A stretch of DNA of 45,371 nt from Myxococcota bacterium (GTDB lineage: Bacteria; Myxococcota; JACRCW01): positions 1 through 45,371 of the forward strand of contig JBFMGU010000062.1 in NCBI GenBank assembly GCA_040752415.1, in the 5' to 3' direction. The position numbers and the translations under genes were made by a program. The notes beneath the pieces are model-generated. The model made no database searches. It had not been told where the DNA came from and saw only the letters and a program-made list of their open reading frames with translations. Shown piece after piece: positions 21,912 through 31,558 of this stretch; the first letter of the stretch is position 1; each line of letters opens with the position of its first letter.

Positions 21912-21958
21912 GGGATCCGTTCTGCGGCGGGAAGGTGGCCGCGGAGCACGGAGGGCGC

Positions 21959-22498
21959 ATGAACAGGGAACATGTGCAGCAGCTGTCCTTGCGGGTGGCC
22001 ACCACGGCGGGCTGGGTGCACGGCACGCTCAGGGTTCCCGGCAAGGCCGGCCTGGTGGAGTTCCTCAACGGCGAGGACGCGTTCCTGCGCCTCACCGACG
22101 TGACGTTCCCCGGGCGCACCGACGTGTTGCCGTTCGTGGCGTTGCGTCGCGACGCGGTGCGATTGGTGCTCCCCGAGAACGCCACCGACGTCACCCCGGT
22201 CAATGAGACGGTGGAGATGGCGTGGCACGAGATCTGGTTGTGGATGGCGGGTCGCACGGTGCGCGGGCGGGTGCGGGTGCCGCGGCACACGCGTGTCTCC
22301 GACCAGGCCATGCACTGGAAGTCGTTCGTGCCGGTGTGGAACGCGGTGGACGACGAGATGAGCGGAGCATCCTCCCGGCTGGCGGTGGTGCTGGTGCATG
22401 TGCCGCACGTGCTGGCTTTCGTGGAGCCGCCGGAGGGGAGGGTGGAGCGCATTCCCACCTCGCCGGAGCGGGCACGGGTGCGGCGGAGCGCGTCCTGA
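21959..22498 (+). CDS. Hypothetical protein with two tandem small beta domains (DUF6812-like)
   Basis: Internal duplication: VHGTLRVP..LVEFLN..FLRLTD versus VRGRVRVP..RVSDQ..FVPVWN; RBS ggagg. Confidence 0.6.
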   Translation: MNREHVQQLSLRVATTAGWVHGTLRVPGKAGLVEFLNGEDAFLRLTDVTFPGRTDVLPFVALRRDAVRLVLPENATDVTPVNETVEMAWHEIWLWMAGRTVRGRVRVPRHTRVSDQAMHWKSFVPVWNAVDDEMSGASSRLAVVLVHVPHVLAFVEPPEGRVERIPTSPERARVRRSAS

Positions 22499-22577
22499 CG
22501 TGTCCCCGGTGTAAGGCCGCGACCGCTCCCGCGTCAGCGGACGTGGAGGCCCCCGGTTGGTAGATGGGGTGACGGTC

Positions 22578-24986
22578 ATGGCAACAACACAGGCACTGCC
22601 CAGCAAGAGTTCCCAGACGTTGCGTTTTGCGGTGGAAGGGATGACCTGCGCCTCGTGCGTGGGTCACGTGGAGCGGGCGCTGAAGAAGGTCCCCGGCGTC
22701 ACCGCCGCGGCGGTGAACCTGGCCACCGAGAGTGCCACCGTGCACGCGGACGCGGCGGTGTCGTCGGAGACGCTGGCGCACGCGGTGGAGGACGCGGGCT
22801 ACAAGGCGGTGTTCCCCAAGGTGCTGGATGCGCTGAGCTTCAACGTGCAGGGGATGACCTGCGCTTCCTGCGTGGGCCACGTGGAGCGGGCGCTCCGGAA
22901 GGTCCCCGGCGTGGCCGACGCCAACGTGAACCTGGCCACCGAGAGCGCCACGGTGCGCCTGGCCGCGCCGGTGGACCTGCGTGTGCTGCAGGACGCGGTG
23001 GCCGACGCGGGCTACACGCTGTTGGCGAAGACCCCCACGGTGACCGCGCCGGCGACCGCGCCGCACGACGACAGCCGGACCCGGCTCCTGGGCGCCGCGG
23101 TGCTGAGCCTGCCGGTGATGGTGCTGTCCATGGCCATGGTGGGCGGGACGTGGAGCGCGTACCTGCAGTGGGCGCTCTCGACGGTGGTGACGTTCTGGTT
23201 CGGCCGGCAGTTCTTCCAGGTGGCCCTGCGCAAGGCGCGACACCTCAGCGCCAACATGGACACGCTGGTGGCGGTGGGGGCGTTCGCGGCGTACGCGTTC
23301 TCGGTGGCGGAGCTGCTGCGCCACGGCGGGCACGCGCATCTCTACTTCGAGACCGCGGCCATCATCGTCACGCTGATCCTGCTGGGGAAACACCTGGAGG
23401 CGCGGGCCAAGCGCACCGCCGGGGCCGCCATCCGCGCGCTCATGGACCTGCGACCCACCCGCGCGCACCTGCTCCGTGACGGCACGGAGGTCGACGTGGA
23501 CGCGGGCACCCTGCGCGTGGGCGACCTGGTTCGCGTGCGGCCAGGGGAGCGCATTCCCGTCGACGGCGTGGTGGTGGAAGGGGAGAGCGCGGTGGATGAG
23601 TCCATGATGACGGGCGAGAGCCTGCCGGTGGCCAAGCGTGTGGATGACGTCGTCACCGGGGCCACGGTGAACACCACCGGGGTGCTGACCGTGCGCACCA
23701 CCGCGGTGGGCGCGGAGACGGTGCTGGCGCACATCGTGAAGCTGGTGGAGGAGGCGCAGGGATCCAAGGCGCCCATCCAGCGTCTCGCCGACACGGTGTC
23801 CGGCGTGTTCGTCCCGGTGGTGCTGGGGTTGAGCGCGCTGACGTTCGTGGCGTGGTGGTGGAAGACCGGGGAGGTGGCCACGGCGCTCACGCCGGCGGTG
23901 GCCCTGCTGGTGATCGCCTGCCCGTGCGCGCTGGGCCTGGCCACGCCCACGGCCATCATGGTGGGGACGGGTCGCGCCGCGCGCATGGGGATCCTCATCC
24001 GCGACGCCGAGAGCCTGGAGCGCGCCGGTGCCATCAGCACGCTGGTGCTGGACAAGACGGGCACCATCACCGCGGGGAAGCCGGCCGTGGTGGAGGCGGT
24101 GCCGGCGCCGGGTCGGACGCGCGCGGAGCTGCTGAGGCTGGCGGGTGCCGTCGAGAGCATCAGTGAACACCCGCTGGCCGCCGCGGTGGTGACGTTGGCG
24201 CGTCAGGAGCTGGGGACGCTCCCCGCGGTCGCGCGTGGTCAGGCGCACGTGGGGAAGGGCGTGGAGGCGGTTATCGACGGGAAACGCGTGCGGGTGGGAA
24301 CGCGCGCGTTCGTGGCGGAGCTGGGCGCGCAGGATGACGGGCTCAGCGACGTGCTGGCGCGGCTGGAGTCCGGTGCCAACACGGTGGTGCGCGTGGCGGA
24401 GGAGGGCGCGCTGGTGGGCGTGCTGGCGCTGGCGGACCCGGTGAAGAGCGACAGCGCGGAGGCCATTGCGCGACTGCGCGACATGGGCGTGCGCGTGGTG
24501 ATGCTCACCGGCGACAACGCGCGGACCGCGGCGGCGGTGGCCGCGCAGGTGGGCCTGTCCCCCGACGACGTGCGGGCCGAGGTGCTGCCGCAGGACAAGG
24601 CGCGCGAGGTGCAGCGGCTCAAGCAGGCGGGGCAGGTGGTGGCCATGGTGGGCGACGGCATCAATGACGCACCCGCGCTCGCCGCCGCCGACGTGGGCAT
24701 GGCCATGGGCGCTGGTGCCGACGTGGCCAAGGAGACCGCGAACGTCACCCTGATGCACAGCCGGCTGGGGGCGGTGGTCGACGCCATGGTGCTTTCCAAG
24801 GCCACCATGCGCACCATCCGGCAGAACCTGTGGTGGGCGTTCGGCTACAACGCGTTGTGCATCCCGGTGGCGGCGTTGGGGCTGCTCAACGCGCTCGGCG
24901 GGCCCATGCTGGCGGCGGGGGCCATGGCGTTCTCGTCGGTGAGCGTGGTGCTCAACAGCCTGCGGTTGCGTTCCGTGGAGCTGTGA
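22578..24986 (+). CDS. copA: P1B-1 Cu(+)-exporting ATPase with two HMA domains
   Basis: 2x [40 protein letters not shown] and MAFSS motifs. Confidence 0.95.
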   Translation: MATTQALPSKSSQTLRFAVEGMTCASCVGHVERALKKVPGVTAAAVNLATESATVHADAAVSSETLAHAVEDAGYKAVFPKVLDALSFNVQGMTCASCVGHVERALRKVPGVADANVNLATESATVRLAAPVDLRVLQDAVADAGYTLLAKTPTVTAPATAPHDDSRTRLLGAAVLSLPVMVLSMAMVGGTWSAYLQWALSTVVTFWFGRQFFQVALRKARHLSANMDTLVAVGAFAAYAFSVAELLRHGGHAHLYFETAAIIVTLILLGKHLEARAKRTAGAAIRALMDLRPTRAHLLRDGTEVDVDAGTLRVGDLVRVRPGERIPVDGVVVEGESAVDESMMTGESLPVAKRVDDVVTGATVNTTGVLTVRTTAVGAETVLAHIVKLVEEAQGSKAPIQRLADTVSGVFVPVVLGLSALTFVAWWWKTGEVATALTPAVALLVIACPCALGLATPTAIMVGTGRAARMGILIRDAESLERAGAISTLVLDKTGTITAGKPAVVEAVPAPGRTRAELLRLAGAVESISEHPLAAAVVTLARQELGTLPAVARGQAHVGKGVEAVIDGKRVRVGTRAFVAELGAQDDGLSDVLARLESGANTVVRVAEEGALVGVLALADPVKSDSAEAIARLRDMGVRVVMLTGDNARTAAAVAAQVGLSPDDVRAEVLPQDKAREVQRLKQAGQVVAMVGDGINDAPALAAADVGMAMGAGADVAKETANVTLMHSRLGAVVDAMVLSKATMRTIRQNLWWAFGYNALCIPVAALGLLNALGGPMLAAGAMAFSSVSVVLNSLRLRSVEL

Positions 24987-25008
24987 GCGGGGCCGTTCTG
25001 GTGGTGAT

Positions 25009-25671
25009 ATCCCAAAGGCGTTGGGAGGGTGTGACGGTGGGGCGCGCGGAATGTTCGCGGCGTCCTCGTCGTCGCAGGGCGCCGGGGGTGGGGGTCCCTC
25101 GTTGGGCATGTCAAGCGCGGCGTTACACATGTCAAGCGCGCGTTACATGGTTTCCGCGGAGCAGGGGCCCGCTCGACAAGAGTGACGTCTCGCCGGGCTT
25201 GTTGCGAAGAGGCTCCCGACGCAGCGGGGCATTCCGCGCCCAAGGCCACGCCCCAACCGCACGCCTTTCGGGCCATCGGCCTCGTCGGGCAAGTCACGAC
25301 AATCGAAACCCTCGCGCTTCTCAATGCTGCTCTGGCGTTGTTGGCCAAAGGCGTTGGGGAAGGTGTGGCAGTGGGCCCCGCGGAAAGTTCGCGGCGTCCG
25401 TGGGCGTCGCAGGCGCCCGGAAGGGGTTCCCTCGTCGGGGATGTCATGTGCGAGCTGACAAATGTCATGTGCGAGCTGACAAATGTCATGTGCGAGCTGA
25501 CAAATGTCATGTGCGAGCTGACAAATGTCATGTGCGAGCTGACAAATGTCATGCGCCACATGACACGGCCGCCGCGGAGGGAGGGCCGCCGGGTGTGTCA
25601 CGTGCGGCTCCCCGCCGCAGCGGGTGTTCAGCGCGTCCCTCCGTCACACCCCAACCCCACGCCTTTGGGAT
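25009..25671. repeat. Two tandem inverted-repeat-bounded elements, each with an internal 21-bp tandem array
   Basis: Arms starting ccaaaggcg at 25012 and 25345, inverted arms ending cgcctttcggg (~25272) and cgcctttgggat (25671); arrays at 25108-25149 and 25441-25566. Confidence 0.85.
25441..25566. repeat. 21-bp tandem repeat ATGTCATGTGCGAGCTGACAA x5 plus 1 degenerate copy
   Basis: Exact units start at 25441, 25462, 25483, 25504, 25525; variant ATGTCATGCGCCACATGACAC at 25546. Confidence 0.97.
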
Positions 25672-25678
25672 CCCGCGG

Positions 25679-26449
25679 TCACTGCGCGTCGTTGTCGGAA
25701 TCGGCGTTCTCGGGTTGCTCAGGCACCAGCTTCCGGCGCTCCGCGCGCACCAGCTCGGCCAGCGGCTTCTCGTTGTGGTCGCGCACCGCCGGCCCCGCGC
25801 GAATCACCGACGTCACCCGCGCGCTGAGCAGCGCCGCCGCCAGGATGATGGCCAGGTTCAACACCAGCCCACCGCCCACGCGCAGGATCTCGTCGCGGCC
25901 GGGCGGGGGAACCAGGAAGTACACGCCCGCCGCCAACCCGCCGATCACGCCCACGATCCCCGCCGGCACCACCGTCACCAACAGCAGGTGCATGATGCCC
26001 TCCGTCATGGCGCCCGCGTAGATGAGCCCCGCGCCCGGGAACAGCAGCTCCAACGCGTACGCCATCCCCACGCTGCGTGATTTCCGTCGGTACTCCGGGC
26101 TCCCGCGCACCCGCGCCGTCAGGTCCTCGCGCTCCTCGCTGACCGTGGTTTCCGTCGTGGCGGGAGGAGCGAACGTGGCCGGGCTGCCGCGCTGCAGGTC
26201 GTCGATCTGGTCGAAGGGGATGACGCGGGTGACGCCGTCGTCGCCGCGGAAGAGGAAGCCGCCCTGCACCTCCGAGAGGATCCGACCGCGGTGGCTCACC
26301 CCGTCCTTGGTCACCACCACGTCGGGACCGGTCGCGGGCGTCGTGGGGAGCGGGGTGGCGGGCTCGGCGGTCTGCGCCCGCGCCGTCGACGTCAGCAACA
26401 GCACGGACAACGCCCCGGCGGTGAAGAGCACGCGCACCACGAGGCCCAT
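25679..26449 (-). CDS. Hypothetical exported/membrane protein
   Basis: Signal peptide (ARA-Q), DVVVTKDG..GRI small beta domain, KSRSVGMAYALELLFPGAGLIY TM2-like motif, TM helices. Confidence 0.7.
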   Translation of the reverse strand: MGLVVRVLFTAGALSVLLLTSTARAQTAEPATPLPTTPATGPDVVVTKDGVSHRGRILSEVQGGFLFRGDDGVTRVIPFDQIDDLQRGSPATFAPPATTETTVSEEREDLTARVRGSPEYRRKSRSVGMAYALELLFPGAGLIYAGAMTEGIMHLLLVTVVPAGIVGVIGGLAAGVYFLVPPPGRDEILRVGGGLVLNLAIILAAALLSARVTSVIRAGPAVRDHNEKPLAELVRAERRKLVPEQPENADSDNDAQ

Positions 26450-26455
26450 CCTAGA

Positions 26456-26833
26456 TCACGGCGCCTCCAGCGCACGGCGGTTCTCCCGCTGCTGCTCCTC
26501 CTGCTGACGGCGCAGCTCCTGGCGTCGCGTCTTCTCCTCGTCGGGAGAGGACATGACGCAGCGCTGGTAGCCCTCCAGGTCCAGCTGGGATCCGCGCAGG
26601 CGCGTGCCCGCCTCGTACGCCAGGTGGAAACACGGGCCGTGGTGCCGCTTGATGCGCTCCAGGCAGACGTCCGCCGTCACCGGACACCGCTGGATGGCAT
26701 GCGCCCGGGCCCGCGCCTCCAGCTCCGCGCGCTCGAAGTGCGAGGCCCCGAAGAACACCACGAACCCGATGGCCCCGAGCACCGCGGCACCGGTCAGCAG
26801 GTTGGGATGGTCCTCCCACGACACACGCGGCAT
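26456..26833 (-). CDS. Hypothetical single-TM protein with four cysteines
   Basis: N-terminal TM, GC3-biased ORF, co-oriented with neighbours. Confidence 0.55.
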   Translation of the reverse strand: MPRVSWEDHPNLLTGAAVLGAIGFVVFFGASHFERAELEARARAHAIQRCPVTADVCLERIKRHHGPCFHLAYEAGTRLRGSQLDLEGYQRCVMSSPDEEKTRRQELRRQQEEQQRENRRALEAP

Positions 26834-26864
26834 GGGCCATCAACGTCCCGCGTGCTTCCCGCTG

Positions 26865-27143
26865 TCAAGGATGGCGACGTGCAATCTGGTCCATGCGCAA
26901 CACCACCGCGCCCAGGTTGTCCTCCTCCGGACGCTCCGGGTTGTCCGCCTGGGTGCGCGCCTCGTTCGCCCGCTGCTCGTACTGCGTGCGTCGCTTGCCG
27001 TCCTGCTCCTGCTTGGCCGCGCGCTCCCACAGGTGCGCCGCTTCCCGCCACATGCGCTCCCGCGACATGGCGTCGCGCGCCTCCTGCGCCTTCAGCTCCG
27101 CCGCCTCGGCCTTGGCCACGTGGGGATTCCGTCCAAAACCCAT
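26865..27143 (-). CDS. Small helical hypothetical protein
   Basis: MGFGRNPHVAKAEAAE..WREAAHLWERAA; strong RBS ggaggt. Confidence 0.75.
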   Translation of the reverse strand: MGFGRNPHVAKAEAAELKAQEARDAMSRERMWREAAHLWERAAKQEQDGKRRTQYEQRANEARTQADNPERPEEDNLGAVVLRMDQIARRHP

Positions 27144-27227
27144 GGTCCACCTCCGACGCCAATCTAGCGTGATGCTGAACAGATGTACAGAAATCGCCAG
27201 GGGCGCCCGGTTGGCTAGACTGACGAC

Positions 27228-28247
27228 GTGGTCGCGACACGACGGTGGGTCCCCCTGACGGTGCTGGCCGGCGCGCTGGCGTGTGCCTCGGCACCGTCCG
27301 TGCCCGAGCACGGCGGGGGGCGGGCGGGGGTCACCACGGGCGTGTTCCACGACGAGAAACGCGCCCGGACCCTGGTCACCGAGATCTGGTACCCCGCGGT
27401 CCCCGACGCCGAGGAACACGAGGAGACCTTCAACATCATCTGGAACGCGCGCGCGGCGCGGGATGCGCGGATGGCGGGCGGACCGCCGCGTCCCCTGGTG
27501 CTGTTCTCCCACGGCAGCGGCGGCACCCGGCATGACCTGGCGTGGCTGGCGCGCGCGCTGGCGCGGGAGGGCTACCTGGTGGCCGCGGTGACCCACCCCG
27601 GCAACACCTACCAGGACAACGACCCGCTGCGTCGCCTGGAGATCTGGCAGCGCCCCCAGGACGTGCGCGCGGTGCTGGACGGGCTGCTGGCGCATCCGTT
27701 CTGGGGACCGCGCGTGGATCGTCGACACATCAGCGCGGTGGGGCACTCACTGGGCGGCTACACCGTGCTGGCGGTGGCGGGCGCGCGCTACGACGTGAAG
27801 CGGGCGCGTGAGCATTGCCTGGGACCGGATGCGGACGCGGCGTGTCGCGCGGCGGCGGAGGTGGACCGCTCCCGGATTGACTACCGGCCCTCCGGCCTCA
27901 GCTACCGCGACGGGCGCGTGCGCGCGGTGGTGGCGCTGGCCCCGGCGGTGGGCCCCGGCTTCGACGAGCGCAGCGCCGCCGAGGTCACCGTGCCCGTGCA
28001 CATCATCAGCGGCCTGCAGGACGACATCACGCTGCACCGCCTGCATGCCGCGCGCTGGGCCAACCTGCTGCACGCCGAGCTCACCGTGCTGGACGAGGCC
28101 AACCACTACACCTTCATCAACCCCTGCAACGCCCTGGGCTCCCTGGGCCGCATCTCCGCCTGCGCCGACGCGCCGCGCGCCGACCGGCTCAAGTTGCAGG
28201 CGCACGTGCGGCGGGTGGTGCTGGACTTCCTGCGTCGTCGGGGGTGA
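27228..28247 (+). CDS. Exported alpha/beta hydrolase (dienelactone hydrolase / PAF-AH-like)
   Basis: Lipobox-like ALAC, EIWYP, LFSHGSGG, HPGN, RPQDV, GHSLGG, NHYTF. Confidence 0.88.
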   Translation: MVATRRWVPLTVLAGALACASAPSVPEHGGGRAGVTTGVFHDEKRARTLVTEIWYPAVPDAEEHEETFNIIWNARAARDARMAGGPPRPLVLFSHGSGGTRHDLAWLARALAREGYLVAAVTHPGNTYQDNDPLRRLEIWQRPQDVRAVLDGLLAHPFWGPRVDRRHISAVGHSLGGYTVLAVAGARYDVKRAREHCLGPDADAACRAAAEVDRSRIDYRPSGLSYRDGRVRAVVALAPAVGPGFDERSAAEVTVPVHIISGLQDDITLHRLHAARWANLLHAELTVLDEANHYTFINPCNALGSLGRISACADAPRADRLKLQAHVRRVVLDFLRRRG

Positions 28248-28637
28248 GCGCGGGATGTTGAGGCGCGCGCGGCCGGCCACGCGCGGGTGAGGGTTTTTTC
28301 CCGGCCGGCTCGCGGTGGGTCGGGGCAAAGCGGACCATTGTCCCGGTTGCGCGGCGCGCGTGGCGGCGACTCGGACGGGGTCGCGTCCTCGTGCGTGGGG
28401 CGGCGCGGCACACCTGTCGCGGAAACGGCGGGATGGGCTACAAGCGGTGTGGCGAGCAGCGTGGACACCCGCGTGGCATTGGCGAGCCGGTTGGAGCTCG
28501 CGGTAACGAGGTGGTCCTCTCGTCGGGGGGCGGGGAGGGACGGCGCAGCAGGATGCGGAGAACACCGTCGCAAGCCAGGACGTCCCAGCTGAGGTACCGG
28601 GTCGGCGTTTCCCCCGACCGATAAATCCTTGGGCAGA

Positions 28638-28997
28638 ATGAAGACCATTCTCGTCGTGGAAGATGAATACGCGATCATGGACGCGCTGGCGGCGCTGCTC
28701 CAGGACGAGGGCTATCGCGTGCTCACCGCGGCCCATGGCAAGGAGGCCCTGGAGGTGATGAGCCGGGACAAGCCGGACGTGGTGCTCCTGGACCTCATGA
28801 TGCCCGTCATGGACGGCATGACCGCGTTGCAGGCCATCCGCGCCGACCCGCAGCTCCGCGACGTCCCGGTCATCGTCATGAGCGCCGCCTCCTCCCGCCT
28901 CAATCCCGCGTCCGGCGCCAGCAGCCGGATCCTCAAGCCCTTCCACGTGGGCGTCCTGCTCGACGAGATCCGCAAGCAGCTCAAGGACGGCGCGTGA
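28638..28997 (+). CDS. Single-domain response regulator
   Basis: ILVVEDE, DLMMPVMDG, MSA, KPF. Confidence 0.93.
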   Translation: MKTILVVEDEYAIMDALAALLQDEGYRVLTAAHGKEALEVMSRDKPDVVLLDLMMPVMDGMTALQAIRADPQLRDVPVIVMSAASSRLNPASGASSRILKPFHVGVLLDEIRKQLKDGA

Positions 28998-29338
28998 GCC
29001 GGATCCGCACCGAGGACCAGCACGGCTTCCACGCGCGCATGGCCCGCACCCGCGGCCCCTGCCTGCTCATCATCACCGGCGTGCACTGCGGCGCGTGCCG
29101 GGCCATGAAGCTCGCGTTGGAGGGCAACCTGCGCCACCACGACGGGCTCACGGTGGTGGAGGTGGACGCGGGAGACAATCCCGGCCTCAGCCAGGAGCTG
29201 GAGGTGCAGCACCTGCCCGCGTTGTTCCTCTACCTCGACGGGAAATACCACGCGCCCATCTCCTGCCCGCCGCGCCCCGACGAGATGGTGTCCGCGCTGG
29301 ATGCTGCGCTGGCTTCTCCGCCGATGGACCCGCCTTGA
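28994..29338 (+). CDS. Thioredoxin-fold protein
   Basis: CGAC motif, VEVDA, EVQHLPALFLYLDG; start overlaps the regulator stop. Confidence 0.8.
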   Translation: MSRIRTEDQHGFHARMARTRGPCLLIITGVHCGACRAMKLALEGNLRHHDGLTVVEVDAGDNPGLSQELEVQHLPALFLYLDGKYHAPISCPPRPDEMVSALDAALASPPMDPP

Positions 29339-29379
29339 AACCGGGAAACCTGGAATCTTGGGACCGGCTTGCATGGTGT

Positions 29380-29521
29380 CCGTGGACTGAAGTCCACGGC
29401 ATGCCAGGGGCGCGGAAGAAGCCCCGAAGCGAGCAGAGCTCGTCGGGGCTTCTTCCATTGGGGAATCCACGACGAGGACACCGTCGACCGCGCTCCCGCG
29501 CTCTGCGCATTGTCGACGGTG
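29380..29521. repeat. Three consecutive perfect inverted repeats
   Basis: ccgtggact/agtccacgg 29380-29399; ggaagaagccccga/tcggggcttcttcc 29414-29456; caccgtcgac/gtcgacggtg 29479-29521. Confidence 0.7.
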
Positions 29522-29651
29522 GCACGCGGGCGAACACCCGCTGGCCGGCTGCCCGCGGCCGCGACCCTGCCCCAGCTCTCCGGCGCGGTGAAACGGTGGC
29601 GCGGCCGCGCGGGGGCGGTCCATGATGGGCCCCGCCGCGAGGAGGAATGCC

Positions 29652-30035
29652 ATGCGCCGTTGTCCCAAGTGCCACCCTTCCGCGGGACTCAGCGTCGAGA
29701 CCGTGCAGGGGGACCCGGGCTCGCCCACCGTCGAGATCGACGTGTGCCCGAGGTGTCGCGGGGTGTGGTTGGACTGGACCGAGCTGGGCGACCTGGTGGA
29801 GCTGCGCGAGCTCATCACCGGGCTCACCAGCGGCGCGGACTGGCAGCGCGACCTGGAGCTGGGGATGTGTCCCGACGACGGAAAAGCGCTGCAACGGCTG
29901 GAGGTGGGCGCGTACGCGGTGGACCGCTGCCCGGAGTGCGAGGGGTTGTGGCTCGACGGGGGCGAGCTGGGACCGTCGCTCACGCGGGAGGGATTCCAGG
30001 CGGTGCTCCGCGCGCTGCGCCAGCACCCGGTGTGA
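29652..30035 (+). CDS. Tandem zf-TFIIB-type zinc-ribbon protein
   Basis: CPKC..EIDVCPRCRGVWLD..EL and CPDD..VDRCPECEGLWLDGGEL; RBS ggagg. Confidence 0.85.
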   Translation: MRRCPKCHPSAGLSVETVQGDPGSPTVEIDVCPRCRGVWLDWTELGDLVELRELITGLTSGADWQRDLELGMCPDDGKALQRLEVGAYAVDRCPECEGLWLDGGELGPSLTREGFQAVLRALRQHPV

Positions 30036-30099
30036 AAATGCCAACGGGCGCCGCCCCGTGCAGGACGACGCCCGCCAGCACCTCAACCCCCGACGTCAC

Positions 30100-30642
30100 T
30101 CACTGCTTGCTGACGTCCTTGCCCTTCCCCGTCTCCTTGGTGCCGCCCAGCGCGCCCTTCAGCTTCTCCGCCGCGCCCTTCAGCGAGATCTTCTTGGGCT
30201 GCGCCTCCGGAGCCTTGGGCACCATCACCTTCAGCACGCCGTTGCTGAAGTCCGCGTTCACATTGTCGACATCAACGTCCTCCGGCAGCGTGAAGGAGCG
30301 CGTGAAGGAGCCGTAGGAGCGCTCGTAGCAGAAGTAGCGCTCACCTTCCTGGCGCTCCTCCTCCTCACGCTTGCCGCTGATGGTCAGACGGTTGCCCGAC
30401 AAGGAGATGTCGATGTCGTCCTCGGTCACGCCGGGAAGGTCGGCGCGGAAGATGTAGGCGTCCTTGGTCTCCTTGACGTCAAAGTTGGGCGTGTAGACCG
30501 TCGCGCGCTCGGCGGCGCGGAAAGGCGTCATGCCGGCGAAGGGATCCCAGTTCCAGAGATCACGCATCATCTGGAACGGGTCGGTGAGGCCGAAGGGGGT
30601 GGGAAGACTGCTGGGCTCGCCCCGGCGAACGATGTTGACCAT
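30100..30642 (-). CDS. Hsp20/alpha-crystallin small heat-shock protein
   Basis: PNFDVKET, ADLPGV, LTISGKR, ERSYGSFTRSFTLP, NGVL. Confidence 0.95.
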   Translation of the reverse strand: MVNIVRRGEPSSLPTPFGLTDPFQMMRDLWNWDPFAGMTPFRAAERATVYTPNFDVKETKDAYIFRADLPGVTEDDIDISLSGNRLTISGKREEEERQEGERYFCYERSYGSFTRSFTLPEDVDVDNVNADFSNGVLKVMVPKAPEAQPKKISLKGAAEKLKGALGGTKETGKGKDVSKQ

Positions 30643-30768
30643 GGTCGTCTCCAAGACATGAGCCCCCGCCCGCGTCGTCGAGACTGTCACGCGGGTCGAC
30701 GCAGAACGGGAGCGGATGGTTGGGGTGTAACGGCTCCGGTCGCGGGTGCCATGTCCGCGCCCCAGCGT

Positions 30769-31509
30769 TCAACGCGCCGGCGCACCGCCCCCACGCAGCC
30801 AGGCGTCGACCACCTGGATGAGCGGTCCGTGCACGCCACGCGCCTCCGCCTCCCGGTATTCCGGCACCTCCTGGATGGCCTGCATCCGCACCACGCGCCC
30901 GTCCTCCACCAGCATCACGTGGGTGCACCAGTCCTCCAGCCGGTCCAGGATGTGCGTGGCGTGCAGGATGGTGACGCCGCGCAGCGTGCTCTCCTGGCGC
31001 AGGAACTCCAGCAGGTCCATGCGGGCAATGAGGTCCAGCTCGGTGGTGACCTCGTCCAGCAGGAGCACCTCCACCGGCTGCAACAGGCCCAGCAGCAGCT
31101 GCACGCAACGACGCTGCCCGTCGGAGACGCGGTACATGCGCCAGGCCGGGTCAATGCCCAGCACCCGGTAGAGCGTGTCACGCCGGACGGGATCCACGCC
31201 CTCGGTGCGCGACACGATCTCCGCGACGGCGATGTCGCTCTTGAACGGGAAGGGCCCGCCCACGAAGGAGACGTGCGCCGCCAGGGACGTGTCATGGAAC
31301 GCGGGACGCCCCAGCACCCGCGCGCTCTCCACCGGCACCATGTGCTTGCCGGCCAGCACCTGCAGCAGCGTGCTCTTCCCCGCGCCGTTGCGCCCCACGA
31401 CGAGACAGCGGGCGCCACGCGGCACCTGAAGCTGGACGTTGCGCAAGACCGGCTCCTGCTCGCCGGAATACGTGTAGGTCAGCCCCCGGATCTCGATGAC
31501 GGCGTCCAT
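30769..31509 (-). CDS. Stand-alone ABC ATPase (CAF16/ABCI-like)
   Basis: GRNGAGKST, WRMYRVSDGQRR signature variant, LLLDEVT, ATHI. Confidence 0.85.
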   Translation of the reverse strand: MDAVIEIRGLTYTYSGEQEPVLRNVQLQVPRGARCLVVGRNGAGKSTLLQVLAGKHMVPVESARVLGRPAFHDTSLAAHVSFVGGPFPFKSDIAVAEIVSRTEGVDPVRRDTLYRVLGIDPAWRMYRVSDGQRRCVQLLLGLLQPVEVLLLDEVTTELDLIARMDLLEFLRQESTLRGVTILHATHILDRLEDWCTHVMLVEDGRVVRMQAIQEVPEYREAEARGVHGPLIQVVDAWLRGGGAPAR

Positions 31510-31558
31510 GCTCCCGGGGCCTAGCACATCCGCCGCGTGCCACGCTTGGCGTGAGGCG

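Noticed and set aside
25441..25566. CRISPR array
   Set aside because: Units are contiguous identical 21-mers with no unique spacers, and no cas genes are in the window
24830..26080. ORFs with heptad repeats (CHVRADK, VMCELTN, MTFVSSH, HDICQLA)
   Set aside because: The repeat is open in several frames on both strands, overlaps real genes and sits in an inverted-repeat element; no frame looks protein-like
28248..28637. Riboswitch or small gene in the 390-bp gap before the response regulator
   Set aside because: No recognisable aptamer consensus and no ORF with convincing composition
30736..30751. sigma54 promoter for hsp20
   Set aside because: TGGCAC is present on the minus strand but there is no GC at the -12 position
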